From Candidatus Woesebacteria bacterium (GTDB taxonomy: Bacteria; Patescibacteriota; Microgenomatia; UBA8517), in contig CP058602.1 of the NCBI GenBank assembly GCA_013426185.1, positions 10,231 to 74,230 of the forward strand: a stretch of DNA of 64,000 nucleotides, written 5' to 3'. Below are positions 1 to 9,616 of this stretch, in pieces; the stretch's first letter is position 1, and each line of letters starts with the position of its first letter. Under the pieces are notes generated by a model. The model did no database searches. It saw nothing but the letters and a program-made list of their open reading frames with translations, and was not told where the DNA came from. Both the position numbers and the translations under genes were made by a program.

Positions 1-123
1 AAAAACGAGAATAAGCTGATTGAGCTTGCCAAAGCTGATGAGAAAGTAAATAAATGGCTTGAAGGCAAAAAAATCAAGAAAACAATCTTTGTCCCCGGCA
101 AGCTTCTGAGTTTTGTTGTCTAG
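1..123 (+). CDS. leuS: Leucine--tRNA ligase, C-terminal end (partial)
   Basis: Frame 1 reads ...KVNKWLEGKKIKKTIFVPGKLLSFVV*, the typical LeuS C-terminus; it precedes comEA. Confidence 0.85.
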   Translation, partial: KNENKLIELAKADEKVNKWLEGKKIKKTIFVPGKLLSFVV

Positions 124-152
124 ACAAGCTCTTTCTGTTATCATCTTTTTAA

Positions 153-809
153 ATGCAAGATGAGCTTGAGATTATTGATTTTAGCAAAGAGGAAAAAAGC
201 AAGTTCAATTTTGATGAATTCTTGCTAAAAAACAAGCTTGTTTTGACCTTTATCTTCTTGGGAATCATTTTTGCCGGCATAGGCATTTTCTTCATCAGGC
301 AAGATTCTAATTCTTCTAAAGTTGAAATTTTGGAGCCTAAAGAGGGGACTTTGCTTCAGGAGATTGTCGTTGAGGTGGCAGGCGCGGTTGAAAAACCTGG
401 AGTTTATAAATTCCAAAGCGGGGCAAGGGTTGACGATGCTTTAATTGCGGCAGGCGGGCTTTCTTTTTCGGCAGATCGGGAGTGGGTGGAGAAGATGCTA
501 AACAGGGCAGCAAAATTAACTGACGGACAGAAGATTTTTATCCCTGATAAGCAGTCTTCTGTTTTGAGTGCTAGGAAAAATGAAGGATATCAAAATGTAT
601 CAAGCAATTTTTCGGCCTCTGGCGCTAATCTGGTGAATATTAATACTGCAAGCGCCAAAGAACTTGATTCTCTACCAGGAATTGGCCAAGTTTACGGCCA
701 AAAGATAATTGAACAAAGACCTTACTCAAATTTGGAAGAGTTAGTGTCCAAGAAGGTAATTCCCCAATCTTTGTACGAAAAAATAAAAGATAAGATAACA
801 GTCTTTTGA
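153..809 (+). CDS. comEA: Competence DNA receptor ComEA (TM, SLBB, HhH)
   Basis: VEVAGAVEKPGVY SLBB motif; VNINTASAKELDSLPGIG helix-hairpin-helix. Confidence 0.93.
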   Translation: MQDELEIIDFSKEEKSKFNFDEFLLKNKLVLTFIFLGIIFAGIGIFFIRQDSNSSKVEILEPKEGTLLQEIVVEVAGAVEKPGVYKFQSGARVDDALIAAGGLSFSADREWVEKMLNRAAKLTDGQKIFIPDKQSSVLSARKNEGYQNVSSNFSASGANLVNINTASAKELDSLPGIGQVYGQKIIEQRPYSNLEELVSKKVIPQSLYEKIKDKITVF

Positions 810-1162
810 AAGGTAAAAGGCGAGAGGTAAAAGATAAAAGAAATCGGCTGTCAGACATCGGATATCAGACATCGGACATCGGCTATCAGCTATCAGCTAT
901 CGGCCTTCGATTGTCGTCTATTGGTCGAAAGCTAGTCAGAAGCTAGTATTTTGTATTATGTATTATGCAGGAAAATGTATTATCCCCATAATACATAATT
1001 CATAATACTAAATTCATTATTATAATTATATTTTCCAAGCCGGGTTTGGAATCCTATTGCCAACGCGGGTCTGAGTAGACCAATTCCCAAATTTTAGATC
1101 AAAAATCAATATTCAAAGGTGTAAGTTGGTTGTTGGGTGTTGATTGTTGTCTGTTGTGAAAG

Positions 1163-1183
1163 TGACAAGGACGGACCTTGTCA
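1163..1183 (+). repeat. REP-like palindrome R1 TGACAAGGACGGACCTTGTCA
   Basis: 8-bp stem, 5-nt loop; 9 copies in the window. Confidence 0.9.
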
Positions 1184-1187
1184 GGTA

Positions 1188-1214
1188 CCCTTTAAAGGTC
1201 AGACCTTTAAAGGG
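1188..1214. repeat. REP-like palindrome R3 CCCTTTAAAGG-N5-CCTTTAAAGGG
   Basis: Also at 7142, 44459, 56487, partial at 20224. Confidence 0.85.
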
Positions 1215-1516
1215 TCAGCGGCTATTCTCTAATCTGTAGTTTCTATTCTCTAATTCTTTATTCCTAGATCTTAAATCTAGATTCTATAATCTGTTTGTGA
1301 TTTGGAGTTTGTAAATTGTTTGTATATTGGAATTTGGAACTTGGAATTTGTTTGTGATTTGCAATTTGGAATTTGTGATTTGGAGTTTGTTTAGAATTTA
1401 GATATTAGAATTTAGAATTTGGAATTTGTATATTGGAACTTGGAATTTTATCTATAATCTATAATCTAATTAGAAGTTTTGACTTTTGAGTTTTAAGTTT
1501 TAAGTTAACTTAATTT

Positions 1517-2590
1517 ATGTTTAAATTTTTCTTTTGGCTTCTGGTTATTCTTTTGATCGTCTTTCGCTTCTTTTATCTTCGGCCCAATTTCATTGACGGC
1601 TCAAGAATTAGAATTTCGTCTGAAAGAATAGGAAGTGAGCCTTTGCGGTTTGAGAAAAGCCAAAGAATAACAATTCTTGGTCTTAAAGCTTATTTGCCTT
1701 TGTATCCTGAAATTAATTATGGAGATATGGTAACTGTGGAGGGAAGGGTAAACCTCAAGAAAAAAACGCTTGATGAGGCAAAACTTATTAAACTTGAAAA
1801 GGGCAATAGTTTTTATAAATTAAGAGAGCGATTGATTCTTTTTTATCAAAAATACCTTCCTGAACCTCATTCAAGTTTAGTTGCCGGAATGGTTTTGGGT
1901 TCAAAAGCAAGTCTGCCTTATGATTTTTGGCAAAATCTAAAAAAGACAGGCACGGCTCATGTGGTAGTTGCCTCGGGAATGAATGTTTCCTTAATTGCCG
2001 GATTTTTGGCCTCCTTTTTTATCATTTTTCTCAAAAGGCGCTATGCCTTATTGCTTTCGCTTTTGGGAATTTGGTTTTATGCTTTTCTTTGTGGCTTTGA
2101 GGCGCCTATCATAAGAGCTTCTATAATGGGTAGCCTTTCTTTCATTGCTGTTATTTTTGGCCGTATGAATTTAGCTTTAAGAGCTCTTTTTGTCTCGTTT
2201 TTTCTTATGCTTATTTTTAATCCTTACTTTATTTTTGATGTTGGTTTTATTCTTTCTTTTGCTGCAACTTTGTCATTAATTCTTTTTCAAAAGAAAGTAG
2301 ACAACTTTTTGAGATTCATTCCTTCTTTTTTAAGAGAGGGCTTTTCAACTTCTCTTGCAGCCCAAATCTTGGTCGCCCCGATACTTTATTTTACATTTGG
2401 ATACTTTTCGATATACTCGCCCCTGATAAACGGTCTTGTGCTTTGGACGGTTCCTTATATCACTATTTTGGGAATGCTTTCTGGCATTTTTTCCCTTTTT
2501 ATTCCTTTTTTGGGTAGATTTTTGCTTCTTTTGTCATATCCTTTGATTTTTTGGTTTGTAAGTTTGGTTAATCTTTTGGGAAGTATATGA
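1517..2590 (+). CDS. comEC: ComEC/Rec2 competence membrane domain
   Basis: TGTAHVVVASGMNV, PIIRASIM and GFILSFAAT motifs; polytopic. Confidence 0.92.
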   Translation: MFKFFFWLLVILLIVFRFFYLRPNFIDGSRIRISSERIGSEPLRFEKSQRITILGLKAYLPLYPEINYGDMVTVEGRVNLKKKTLDEAKLIKLEKGNSFYKLRERLILFYQKYLPEPHSSLVAGMVLGSKASLPYDFWQNLKKTGTAHVVVASGMNVSLIAGFLASFFIIFLKRRYALLLSLLGIWFYAFLCGFEAPIIRASIMGSLSFIAVIFGRMNLALRALFVSFFLMLIFNPYFIFDVGFILSFAATLSLILFQKKVDNFLRFIPSFLREGFSTSLAAQILVAPILYFTFGYFSIYSPLINGLVLWTVPYITILGMLSGIFSLFIPFLGRFLLLLSYPLIFWFVSLVNLLGSI

Positions 2591-3513
2591 ATATCAAGTT
2601 TTGGCGGTTTTTCTTTGGCTTTTTAGTTTTGTCTTCGGCTTTGGTTTGGCTCTTTGTCTTTCTTTCGCCTGATGACAAGTTTCATCTTGTCGCCTGTAAT
2701 GTGGGGCAGGGAGATGCGATTCTTGCTTATTATAAAGACAATCAAGTTTTGATTGATGGCGGGCCGGGGAATAGGGTACTTGATTGCCTTAGTCGTCATA
2801 TGCCCTTTTGGGATAGAAAGATTGAAATGGTCGTCCTGACTCATCCTGAGGCCGATCACTTTAGTGGTTTGATAGAGGTTTTTAAAAGGTATAATGTTGG
2901 AGCTTTTTTGGCATCTCCGCTTGAATCTAGCAGTCAAGGATACCAATTGCTAAAAGAAGAGGTGGGGAGTCGTGGGGTTAGGGTTATAGAACCGGATAGG
3001 GGTAAGAATATAGGAGTTGGTTTGATGCATTTTGTTATACTTCATCCATCGCATCAATTTTTGGCTGAAAATTCAAGCTTAGATACAACATCTCGTAATA
3101 ATCAAAATGTATCAGTCTTGGGTGCAAGAACAACTAATAGGAACTTGAATGAATTTTCAATTAACCTCATTTTAAGCTTTGGTGAGTTTGATGCTTTACT
3201 GACTGGTGATATTGTTCCTTCTGCTTCAGGTGAAGTTGAAGAGGCTTTTAAATCAGCTTTGGTGTTTATTAAAGACGGTAAGGTTGAATATCTCAAAGTG
3301 CCTCATCATGGTAGCAAAAATGGATTAACGCAGGATTTGCTGGAATTAGTAAGGCCTAAAATTGCTGTTATTTCAGTAGGCAAGAACTCCTATGGCCATC
3401 CAAGTCCTGAAATTTTGAAGATGCTTGAAAATGCTGGTGCTTCAGTTTTTCAAACTAAAGAGATGGGGGATGTAGAAGTAATCTCAGACGGCTTGAGGTG
3501 GAGGATCAGATAG
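2587..3513 (+). CDS. ComEC-type metallo-beta-lactamase fold protein (split comEC C-domain)
   Basis: NVGQGDA, THPEADH, LLTGD, KVPHHGS, NSYGHP motifs. Confidence 0.9.
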   Translation: MNIKFWRFFFGFLVLSSALVWLFVFLSPDDKFHLVACNVGQGDAILAYYKDNQVLIDGGPGNRVLDCLSRHMPFWDRKIEMVVLTHPEADHFSGLIEVFKRYNVGAFLASPLESSSQGYQLLKEEVGSRGVRVIEPDRGKNIGVGLMHFVILHPSHQFLAENSSLDTTSRNNQNVSVLGARTTNRNLNEFSINLILSFGEFDALLTGDIVPSASGEVEEAFKSALVFIKDGKVEYLKVPHHGSKNGLTQDLLELVRPKIAVISVGKNSYGHPSPEILKMLENAGASVFQTKEMGDVEVISDGLRWRIR

Positions 3514-3515
3514 TT

Positions 3516-3550
3516 GTTATAGCAGCTATAACGGTTATAATGGTTATAAC
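3516..3550. repeat. 9-mer tandem repeat arm (GTTATARYN)n, left of four-helix-bundle gene
   Basis: GTTATAGCA GCTATAACG GTTATAATG GTTATAAC; reverse complement matches 4075-4099 at 23/25. Confidence 0.85.
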
Positions 3551-4075
3551 ATGCCGGGCGGTTATAAAAGTCTAGCCTTTTTTATCCAGTCCTCAATAAT
3601 CTACGATTTCACTGTCCAATTTGTTAAGCGCTATATTGAAAAAGGCTCACGCACGGCCGGTCAGATGGTTCAAGCAGCTCGTTCAGGGAAGCAAAATATA
3701 GCCGAAGGCTACCTTCAAAAAAGCTTTGAGGGTAAACTCAAGTTAATCTCAGTCTCAAGAGCAAGTCTTGAGGAGCTCTTAAATGATTATTGCGATTTTT
3801 TGAGACAGAAAAATTTGAAACTTTGGGATAAAAATAGCTCTCTTTCCCAAAGAGTAAGAAGCCTTGCTTATCAAGACAACAAAAGTTACCAGACTTACGA
3901 GAAATATCTTTTAAATCCAGAATCGGCTGCAAACGCAATGATTTGCTTTATCAACCAAACTAACAAGCTTCTTGACCAAAAAATTAGGTGGCTTGAAGAA
4001 GACTTTGTCAAGCAGGGTGGCTTTAGAGAAAACTTGTTTAGGAAAAGAAGGGAATATCTTGCCAAAAGACGATAG
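3551..4075 (+). CDS. Four helix bundle protein (23S rRNA IVP/Avd-like fold) with suffix domain
   Basis: GYKSL...IYDFT...RT.GQMVQAARSGKQNIAEG...SRASLEELLNDY...AANAMIC...F...GGFRE motifs. Confidence 0.9.
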   Translation: MPGGYKSLAFFIQSSIIYDFTVQFVKRYIEKGSRTAGQMVQAARSGKQNIAEGYLQKSFEGKLKLISVSRASLEELLNDYCDFLRQKNLKLWDKNSSLSQRVRSLAYQDNKSYQTYEKYLLNPESAANAMICFINQTNKLLDQKIRWLEEDFVKQGGFRENLFRKRREYLAKRR

Positions 4076-4100
4076 TTATAATCGTTATAGCTGCTATAAT
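4075..4100. repeat. 9-mer tandem repeat arm, right; contains TGcTATAAT -10 for argS
   Basis: GTTATAATC GTTATAGCT GCTATAAT, 6 nt before the argS ATG. Confidence 0.8.
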
Positions 4101-4106
4101 ATTTAT

Positions 4107-5873
4107 ATGAACTTAAAACTAAAGGACCTGGTTGCTTCCTCTTTGGGGCTTGAGGCGGGCGATATTTCTCTTGAAATACCGGAGAAAGAAGAGTTTGGCG
4201 ATTATACCACCAATTTGGCAATGCAGATTTTTGGTGACTCTACGAAGCTAAAAAAGCTTCCTTTTGGATCTTTTGATTTCAAAAATCCGCAAGGACTAGC
4301 ATCAAAAATATCTGAAATCTTAAGCCAAAACAAAGAATTGATGCATTTTATTTCTAAAATTGAAGTTAAAAAACCAGGTTTTATTAATTTTTGGTTAAAA
4401 GATGATACTTTATTTAATAATTTGATATCTATAAGTAAGGAAAAGTATGATTATGGATCAAGTCAGATTGGGGTAGGTAAAAGGGTGGTGATTGATTATT
4501 CGTCCCCTAATATTGCCAAGCAATTTTCGATTGGGCATTTGCGTTCAACTATCATTGGCCATGCGCTTTACAACATCTACCAGTTTCTGGGCTACAGGAC
4601 TATTGGCGATAACCACCTTGGTGATTGGGGGACTCAATTTGGCAAGCTTATTTATATGCTTCGCCGCTACCAGCTTAATTCTCTTGATGTTAAGACTCTT
4701 GAAGAGCTTTATGTTAAGTTTCATAAACTAGCCGAAGAAGATAAAACGGGAGAGATGGAGTTTCAGGCTCGTATCTGGTTTAGCAAGCTTGAGAAAGGTA
4801 ATAAAACGGCTTACCTCACTTGGCAAAAATGCCGCCAAATCTCGCTTCAAGAATTCAACAGAATTTATGACCTTTTGGGTGTTTCTTTTGACTATATGCT
4901 TGGTGAGAGCCATTACCAATCAGAAATAAAATCAATGCTAAAAGACAAAAAGCTATTATCAGTTCTTGAAGAAGGGGAAAATGGGGCCAAAATAATCCGT
5001 CTTGATGAGTTTGGTATAAAAACGCCTCTTATGTTTCTAAAAAGTGATGGCGCAACAACTTATGCGGCGCGAGATTTAGCTTGCCTTAGGTATCGTATGA
5101 AGCGCTTTCAGCCTCATATTATTATTTATGAGGTTGGGCAGGAACAGACGCTTCATTTTAAGCAGGTTTTTGCCGCTGCGCGCAAGCTTGGGATTGTTCC
5201 TCCTGAAGTTATTCTTTATCACACTCGCCACGGTCTTTATCTTTCTTCTTCTGGTCGCAAATTTTCAACCAGAAAAGGGGGAGCTGTTAATCTTGAAGAA
5301 GTTCTAAGAGAGGCAATAGCAAAAGCAAGGAAAATTATTGAAAGTTCTGCCACTTCACGCAATCTTTCGGAAGCTGAAATAGAAAGAGTTTCAACCGATG
5401 TTGGGATAGGTGCTATCAAATACTTTGACCTTAAGCATTCAGTTGAAAGCGATATTGTTTTTGATTGGAAAAAGATTTTGGCTTTGGAAGGAAACTCCGG
5501 GCCTTATATTCAATATACTTTTGCCCGCGCTTTTAGTGTCTTAAGTAAAGCCAAGGAGGAGGGAATTGATTTTGAAAAGGAGACTTACCTTTCAAGTTTT
5601 GATTTAGACGATCAGGAAAAAAATATTATCAGGCAGGTTTTTCATTTTGGCGAAATAATTCAAAAATCAGCTGTTGAATTTGCGCCCAACGTTTTATGCG
5701 ATTACCTTTTTACTCTTTCCCAGAAATATAACAGTTTTTATGACAAGTATCCGATTTTAAAGGAAAAGGACTTGCAAAAGAGGTTTTTGCGTCTAAAATT
5801 AACAGAAGCAACAAGCTGGGTTTTGAGAAATGGCTTGAGGCTTCTTGGCATTGAGGTAATAGAGAAGATGTAG
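4107..5873 (+). CDS. argS: Arginine--tRNA ligase
   Basis: FGDYTTN, DYSSPNIAKQFSIGHLRS (HIGH-like), GDWGTQFG, KFSTRKG, EGNSGPYIQY; start set to ATG 4107. Confidence 0.97.
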   Translation: MNLKLKDLVASSLGLEAGDISLEIPEKEEFGDYTTNLAMQIFGDSTKLKKLPFGSFDFKNPQGLASKISEILSQNKELMHFISKIEVKKPGFINFWLKDDTLFNNLISISKEKYDYGSSQIGVGKRVVIDYSSPNIAKQFSIGHLRSTIIGHALYNIYQFLGYRTIGDNHLGDWGTQFGKLIYMLRRYQLNSLDVKTLEELYVKFHKLAEEDKTGEMEFQARIWFSKLEKGNKTAYLTWQKCRQISLQEFNRIYDLLGVSFDYMLGESHYQSEIKSMLKDKKLLSVLEEGENGAKIIRLDEFGIKTPLMFLKSDGATTYAARDLACLRYRMKRFQPHIIIYEVGQEQTLHFKQVFAAARKLGIVPPEVILYHTRHGLYLSSSGRKFSTRKGGAVNLEEVLREAIAKARKIIESSATSRNLSEAEIERVSTDVGIGAIKYFDLKHSVESDIVFDWKKILALEGNSGPYIQYTFARAFSVLSKAKEEGIDFEKETYLSSFDLDDQEKNIIRQVFHFGEIIQKSAVEFAPNVLCDYLFTLSQKYNSFYDKYPILKEKDLQKRFLRLKLTEATSWVLRNGLRLLGIEVIEKM

Positions 5874-5875
5874 TT

Positions 5876-7141
5876 ATGAAGTACGAAAAACTCACTCTTA
5901 AAAATGGACTGCGAGTGCTTTTAATTCCAATGCCTTCTTTGGAGTCGGTAGTCTTGACTCTCTGGGTGAAAACAGGTTCTCGTTTTGAAGATGAAAAGAT
6001 ATCAGGAGTTAGCCATTTTTTGGAGCATATGGTCTTTAAAGGCACAAAAAGGCGTCCTTCAGCAAAAATTGTTTCAGCGGAAATTGATTCAATCGGGGCT
6101 GAAACCAATGCCGCAACTTCTAAAGAATGGACCAATTTTTATATTAGATCAAGAGTCGATGTTCTAGAGCGATCGTTTGATATACTTTCTGATATAGTTT
6201 TAAAACCGCTTCTTAAGGCTTCTGAGATAGAAAAAGAAAAGGGAGTGATTTTAGAAGAGATTGCGATGTATGAGGACACGCCGATGATTAAAATTTATGA
6301 TCTTTTTGATAATATTGTCTTTAAAGGTTCAAATTTAGCGCGGGATATCTCGGGCACGAAAGAAACAGTTAAGTCTTTGAAGCGGGAGGATTTTATCAGT
6401 TATCGTAGTAATTATTATTATCCTGAAAATATGGTTTTGACTTTGGCTGGTGGTTTTGAGAAAAAGAAAGCTTTGAGTTTAATAGAAAAATATTTTGGCT
6501 TTCTTGAGCCAACAGGCAAAAAGCCGCTTTCTGCTTCTGAAAAAATCTCTCAAGCAAAACCTGAAGTTGTTGTTAAAAACAAAAAAACCGATCAAGCTCA
6601 TTTGATTATTGGTTTTAAGGGCAAGCCCTATGGCTGGCAAGGGCGTTTTGGTGAGGCTGTTCTTTCCACGATTTTGGGTGGCGGGATGAGCTCTAGAATG
6701 TTTATTGAGGTCAGAGAAAAAAGGGGCTTGGCTTATTCTGTTAGAACCACTGTTGATCATGCTTTAGATAACGGTAGCTTTTATACTTATGCCGGAGTTC
6801 CGCCTGAGAAAATTAAAGAAGCTTCAAAGGTGATTCTTGATGAGTACTTTGGTTTGAGAGATAAGACTAAGAAAGTTACCAAGAAAGAACTTGAGAAAGC
6901 AAAGGAGTATTTGAAGGGGCATTTGGCTTTGTCGCTTGAGTCAACCAAAGCGGCAAGTGAATTTTTTGCTTTGGAAGAGCTTTATCTTGAGAAGCCTCAG
7001 CTTCCTGAGGATGTTTTTCGTGGCATTGATAAGGTTTCTCTTGATGATGTCTATCAAGTTGCGTCAAAATTATTTTTGAATGAGGGCTTGAATATTGCTG
7101 TTATCGGCCCTTATAATAGCAAGGATTTAAGGTTAATCTGA
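5876..7141 (+). CDS. M16 family zinc peptidase
   Basis: HFLEH inverted zinc motif; GGGMSSRMFIEVREKRGLAY. Confidence 0.95.
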   Translation: MKYEKLTLKNGLRVLLIPMPSLESVVLTLWVKTGSRFEDEKISGVSHFLEHMVFKGTKRRPSAKIVSAEIDSIGAETNAATSKEWTNFYIRSRVDVLERSFDILSDIVLKPLLKASEIEKEKGVILEEIAMYEDTPMIKIYDLFDNIVFKGSNLARDISGTKETVKSLKREDFISYRSNYYYPENMVLTLAGGFEKKKALSLIEKYFGFLEPTGKKPLSASEKISQAKPEVVVKNKKTDQAHLIIGFKGKPYGWQGRFGEAVLSTILGGGMSSRMFIEVREKRGLAYSVRTTVDHALDNGSFYTYAGVPPEKIKEASKVILDEYFGLRDKTKKVTKKELEKAKEYLKGHLALSLESTKAASEFFALEELYLEKPQLPEDVFRGIDKVSLDDVYQVASKLFLNEGLNIAVIGPYNSKDLRLI

Positions 7142-7168
7142 CCCTTTAAAGGACAGTCCTTTAAAGGG
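7142..7168. repeat. REP-like palindrome R3
   Basis: CCCTTTAAAGGACAGTCCTTTAAAGGG. Confidence 0.85.
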
Positions 7169-7181
7169 TGTCTCAAATAAG

Positions 7182-7658
7182 ATGTCAAAAATGGAACAAA
7201 CAGTTGTTTTGATTAAGCCTGATGCCCTTCAGCGCGGTTTGACTGGTGAGATTATTCACCGCTTTGACCGCAAGGGCTTAAAGCTTGTTGGTATTAAGAT
7301 GCTTAAATTAACTGACGAGATTATCAACGAGTGGTATGCTCATCATAGAGATAAGTCTTTTTTCCCTACTTTGAGAAACTTTATGGAGTGGACGCCGATT
7401 GTGGCTATGGTTTGGGAAGGGTTGGACGCGGTTTCTACTGTGCGCAAGATTGTGGGAACAACAAAGGGCAGGGAAGCAGAAGCTGGGTCAATTAGGGGAG
7501 ATTTTGGTATGAGCGGCAGTCAGAACTTGATTCACGCTTCGGATTCACCTGAGGCAGCGGAGAAGGAAAGAAAGCTTATTTTTTCAGATGATGAAATTTT
7601 TGATTATGTAAGCGCTTCTGAGTGCCTCATCTATTCAAGAGATGAGGTGGAAGGATAA
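7182..7658 (+). CDS. ndk: Nucleoside diphosphate kinase
   Basis: LIKPDA, GSIRGDF, NLIHASDS. Confidence 0.97.
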   Translation: MSKMEQTVVLIKPDALQRGLTGEIIHRFDRKGLKLVGIKMLKLTDEIINEWYAHHRDKSFFPTLRNFMEWTPIVAMVWEGLDAVSTVRKIVGTTKGREAEAGSIRGDFGMSGSQNLIHASDSPEAAEKERKLIFSDDEIFDYVSASECLIYSRDEVEG

Positions 7659-7926
7659 CTTCCTATTTATCAACAATGGGTCTTGACTATATCCAAATAT
7701 TCAGATGGTGAATTTTGCCTTAGTAAAAATAATATGTTTTTAGCGTTGTGCTAGGTCAAGTAGTTTCAGGTTAAATTCTTATTATTCTGAGGTGGTTATT
7801 GGATTATCGTTTCTTTAGATAAATCATTCTTATATTGTTCTATCACTATCAAAACTTTCCGTTGCACCAAACTTTGGAAGAATATATCTTTTTCTGTTTG
7901 TTTTACGGCTAATATTGTGACCCTAT

Positions 7927-9000
7927 TTATCTATCTGAAATTTTTTGCGTCCTATTGGAAAGAATAATAGGTTGTTCGTCAGAACTGCGCTTAAATTCTC
8001 TTGGATAGTTGGTATATCTTTCCATGATTTGCTCCATAGTCATATTGTTTGGTCTTCCAGATACTCCGTTTGGCGCGGGTGGAAGTATGCGTGGTAGACA
8101 GTACCTCATTGGATCGTTTGGATAAACGGCCATTTCCATAATAGGTCGACTCGTTCCACCGAAGGCAAATTCTAAACCAATACTCTTAAGTTCGTCTGGA
8201 GTGTATGCGCAAGCCTCATATGGCCATGATAGACACTTTACTTTGATACCGAGTCGTGATTCGATTTCATCCATAGATGAGCGAAGCTCACTTAAACCTT
8301 CACTTGCTTTTACCTTTGAGAAGTCTCTGTGCGTTTCAGAGTGGCATCCAAAGCTAAAAACGCCCGAAGAAAGCGCGCTTTCGAAAGTCTTCCAACAACG
8401 ATCTTCTTTACAAACAGAGGACTCACCTTTATCCATGTTTTTTGTCCAGATGAATGAGATAAAATGCATACCGTATTCTTTGAGCACAGGAACCATGCGG
8501 GGTAAGGAGTTGAGCGATGTGTTACCAGAGTCGGTGGTAAGAATAACGGAACGTCCGGGCAAATCAAGCTCTCCGTTTAGATATCCTACCAGTTCGTCCG
8601 CTGTTACCGCATGGAAATCATTTATTGCTAGCCATTCCATCTGTTTAGCAAAATATCCTGGATCCATATAATAACCGGGATACATGTTGTAATAATCACC
8701 ATGGTACTCGAATGCTGGTATAGATTTGGCAACACCATAAGCTTCTATTCTACGTTCCAGTTCAGCTTTGGGTTTTTTCGTAGGTGCCAATTCGGGGGGT
8801 TGTGTCGGCGTGACTTTTCGAGCAGAATCGGTCGTTTCAGCTTGAGCCTCTCCATTAGTGGGTGTTGGCTGTTGAGTTGGAAATAGCGTACTAGCTACTT
8901 TAAAAACAAAAGTAGGTTTAACAAATAGCTCCCAAGTCGTCGCACCGGTGAAAAGGCCGGCAAGTCTAATAAAACCTCTTCGGTCTATTCTATCGACCAT
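7927..9000 (-). CDS. Polysaccharide deacetylase (NodB/CE4-like) with twin-arginine-like leader
   Basis: DRRGFIR leader; FEYH, ILTTDSG, GCHSETH, LSWPYE, LPRI motifs. Confidence 0.8.
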   Translation of the reverse strand: MVDRIDRRGFIRLAGLFTGATTWELFVKPTFVFKVASTLFPTQQPTPTNGEAQAETTDSARKVTPTQPPELAPTKKPKAELERRIEAYGVAKSIPAFEYHGDYYNMYPGYYMDPGYFAKQMEWLAINDFHAVTADELVGYLNGELDLPGRSVILTTDSGNTSLNSLPRMVPVLKEYGMHFISFIWTKNMDKGESSVCKEDRCWKTFESALSSGVFSFGCHSETHRDFSKVKASEGLSELRSSMDEIESRLGIKVKCLSWPYEACAYTPDELKSIGLEFAFGGTSRPIMEMAVYPNDPMRYCLPRILPPAPNGVSGRPNNMTMEQIMERYTNYPREFKRSSDEQPIILSNRTQKISDR

Positions 9001-9109
9001 GGGTGATATTATAACAAATATCAGAGTTTTTTTAAACTGTTCTTATGTAATATCACTTTCGTGATAGATGCAGATCGTGTATTTAAACTGTGAAGAAGAA
9101 TTCACAACG

Positions 9110-9270
9110 TAACTAGAGAGCAAAAATTTATAATTCAAGTTCAAGGTTAAAAATTAAAAGTTTGAATTTGCTAGTTTGTAATTTGAAAAATTGGATAATT
9201 GTAGAATTGTTTAAAATTTAGATATTAGAATTTGGAATTTTATTCTATAATCTGTATTCTGTAATCTGTT
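9110..9270. repeat. Mosaic heptamer array A2
   Basis: (AAAGTTC)-like, (TTAGAAT)n and (TCTGTAA)n modules. Confidence 0.75.
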
Positions 9271-9273
9271 TCT

Positions 9274-9318
9274 GGACAAAGTCGGACTTTGTCCGATTGA
9301 CAAGGACGGACCTTGTCA
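9274..9318 (+). repeat. REP-like R2 variant followed by R1
   Basis: GGACAAAGTCGGACTTTGTCC then TGACAAGGACGGACCTTGTCA. Confidence 0.85.
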
Positions 9319-9361
9319 ATCCTATATTTTTCCTATATTTTTGTTTTATAATAATTTTGTT

Positions 9362-9565
9362 ATGTCTAAGGATAGGTTAATTGGAGACAGACCCAGTGAC
9401 GATGGAGATTTAATTCCTCATAATGGGATTAAGGCTCAAAATAAAAATGAATCTGGCGTAAAGACAGGACCGGACGATGGGTTAAGAGAAGCTCAATTAG
9501 AGGAGATTGTTTTTCCCTCACAAACTTCTGATAAAAACCGAGTTCAAGAACAAAAATCTCTTTAG
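9362..9565 (+). CDS. Small hypothetical protein between two R1 repeats
   Basis: ATG 9362 with upstream TATAAT; no recognisable motif. Confidence 0.45.
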   Translation: MSKDRLIGDRPSDDGDLIPHNGIKAQNKNESGVKTGPDDGLREAQLEEIVFPSQTSDKNRVQEQKSL

Positions 9566-9572
9566 CTGGTAT

Positions 9573-9593
9573 TGACAAGGACGGACCTTGTCA
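9573..9593 (+). repeat. REP-like palindrome R1
   Basis: Exact copy. Confidence 0.9.
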
Positions 9594-9616
9594 AGAAACT
9601 TTGATATAATCTTTTT

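Larger units (their letters stand above)
810..1516. repeat. Mosaic heptamer tandem-repeat array A1
   Basis: Modules (GGTAAAA)n, (TCGGACA/TCAGCTA)n, (TATTATG)n...(CATAATA)n, (TTGGAAT/TTAGAAT)n, (TCTATAA)n, (TTTTGAC/TTTTAAG)n. Confidence 0.9.

Noticed and set aside
810-1516. Heptamer arrays as CRISPR arrays
   Set aside because: No constant 23-47 bp repeat alternating with unique spacers, and no cas genes in the window.
3551-4075. Diversity-generating retroelement (Avd-like gene)
   Set aside because: No reverse transcriptase and no TR/VR pair differing at adenines; the 255-bp repeat has no mismatches.
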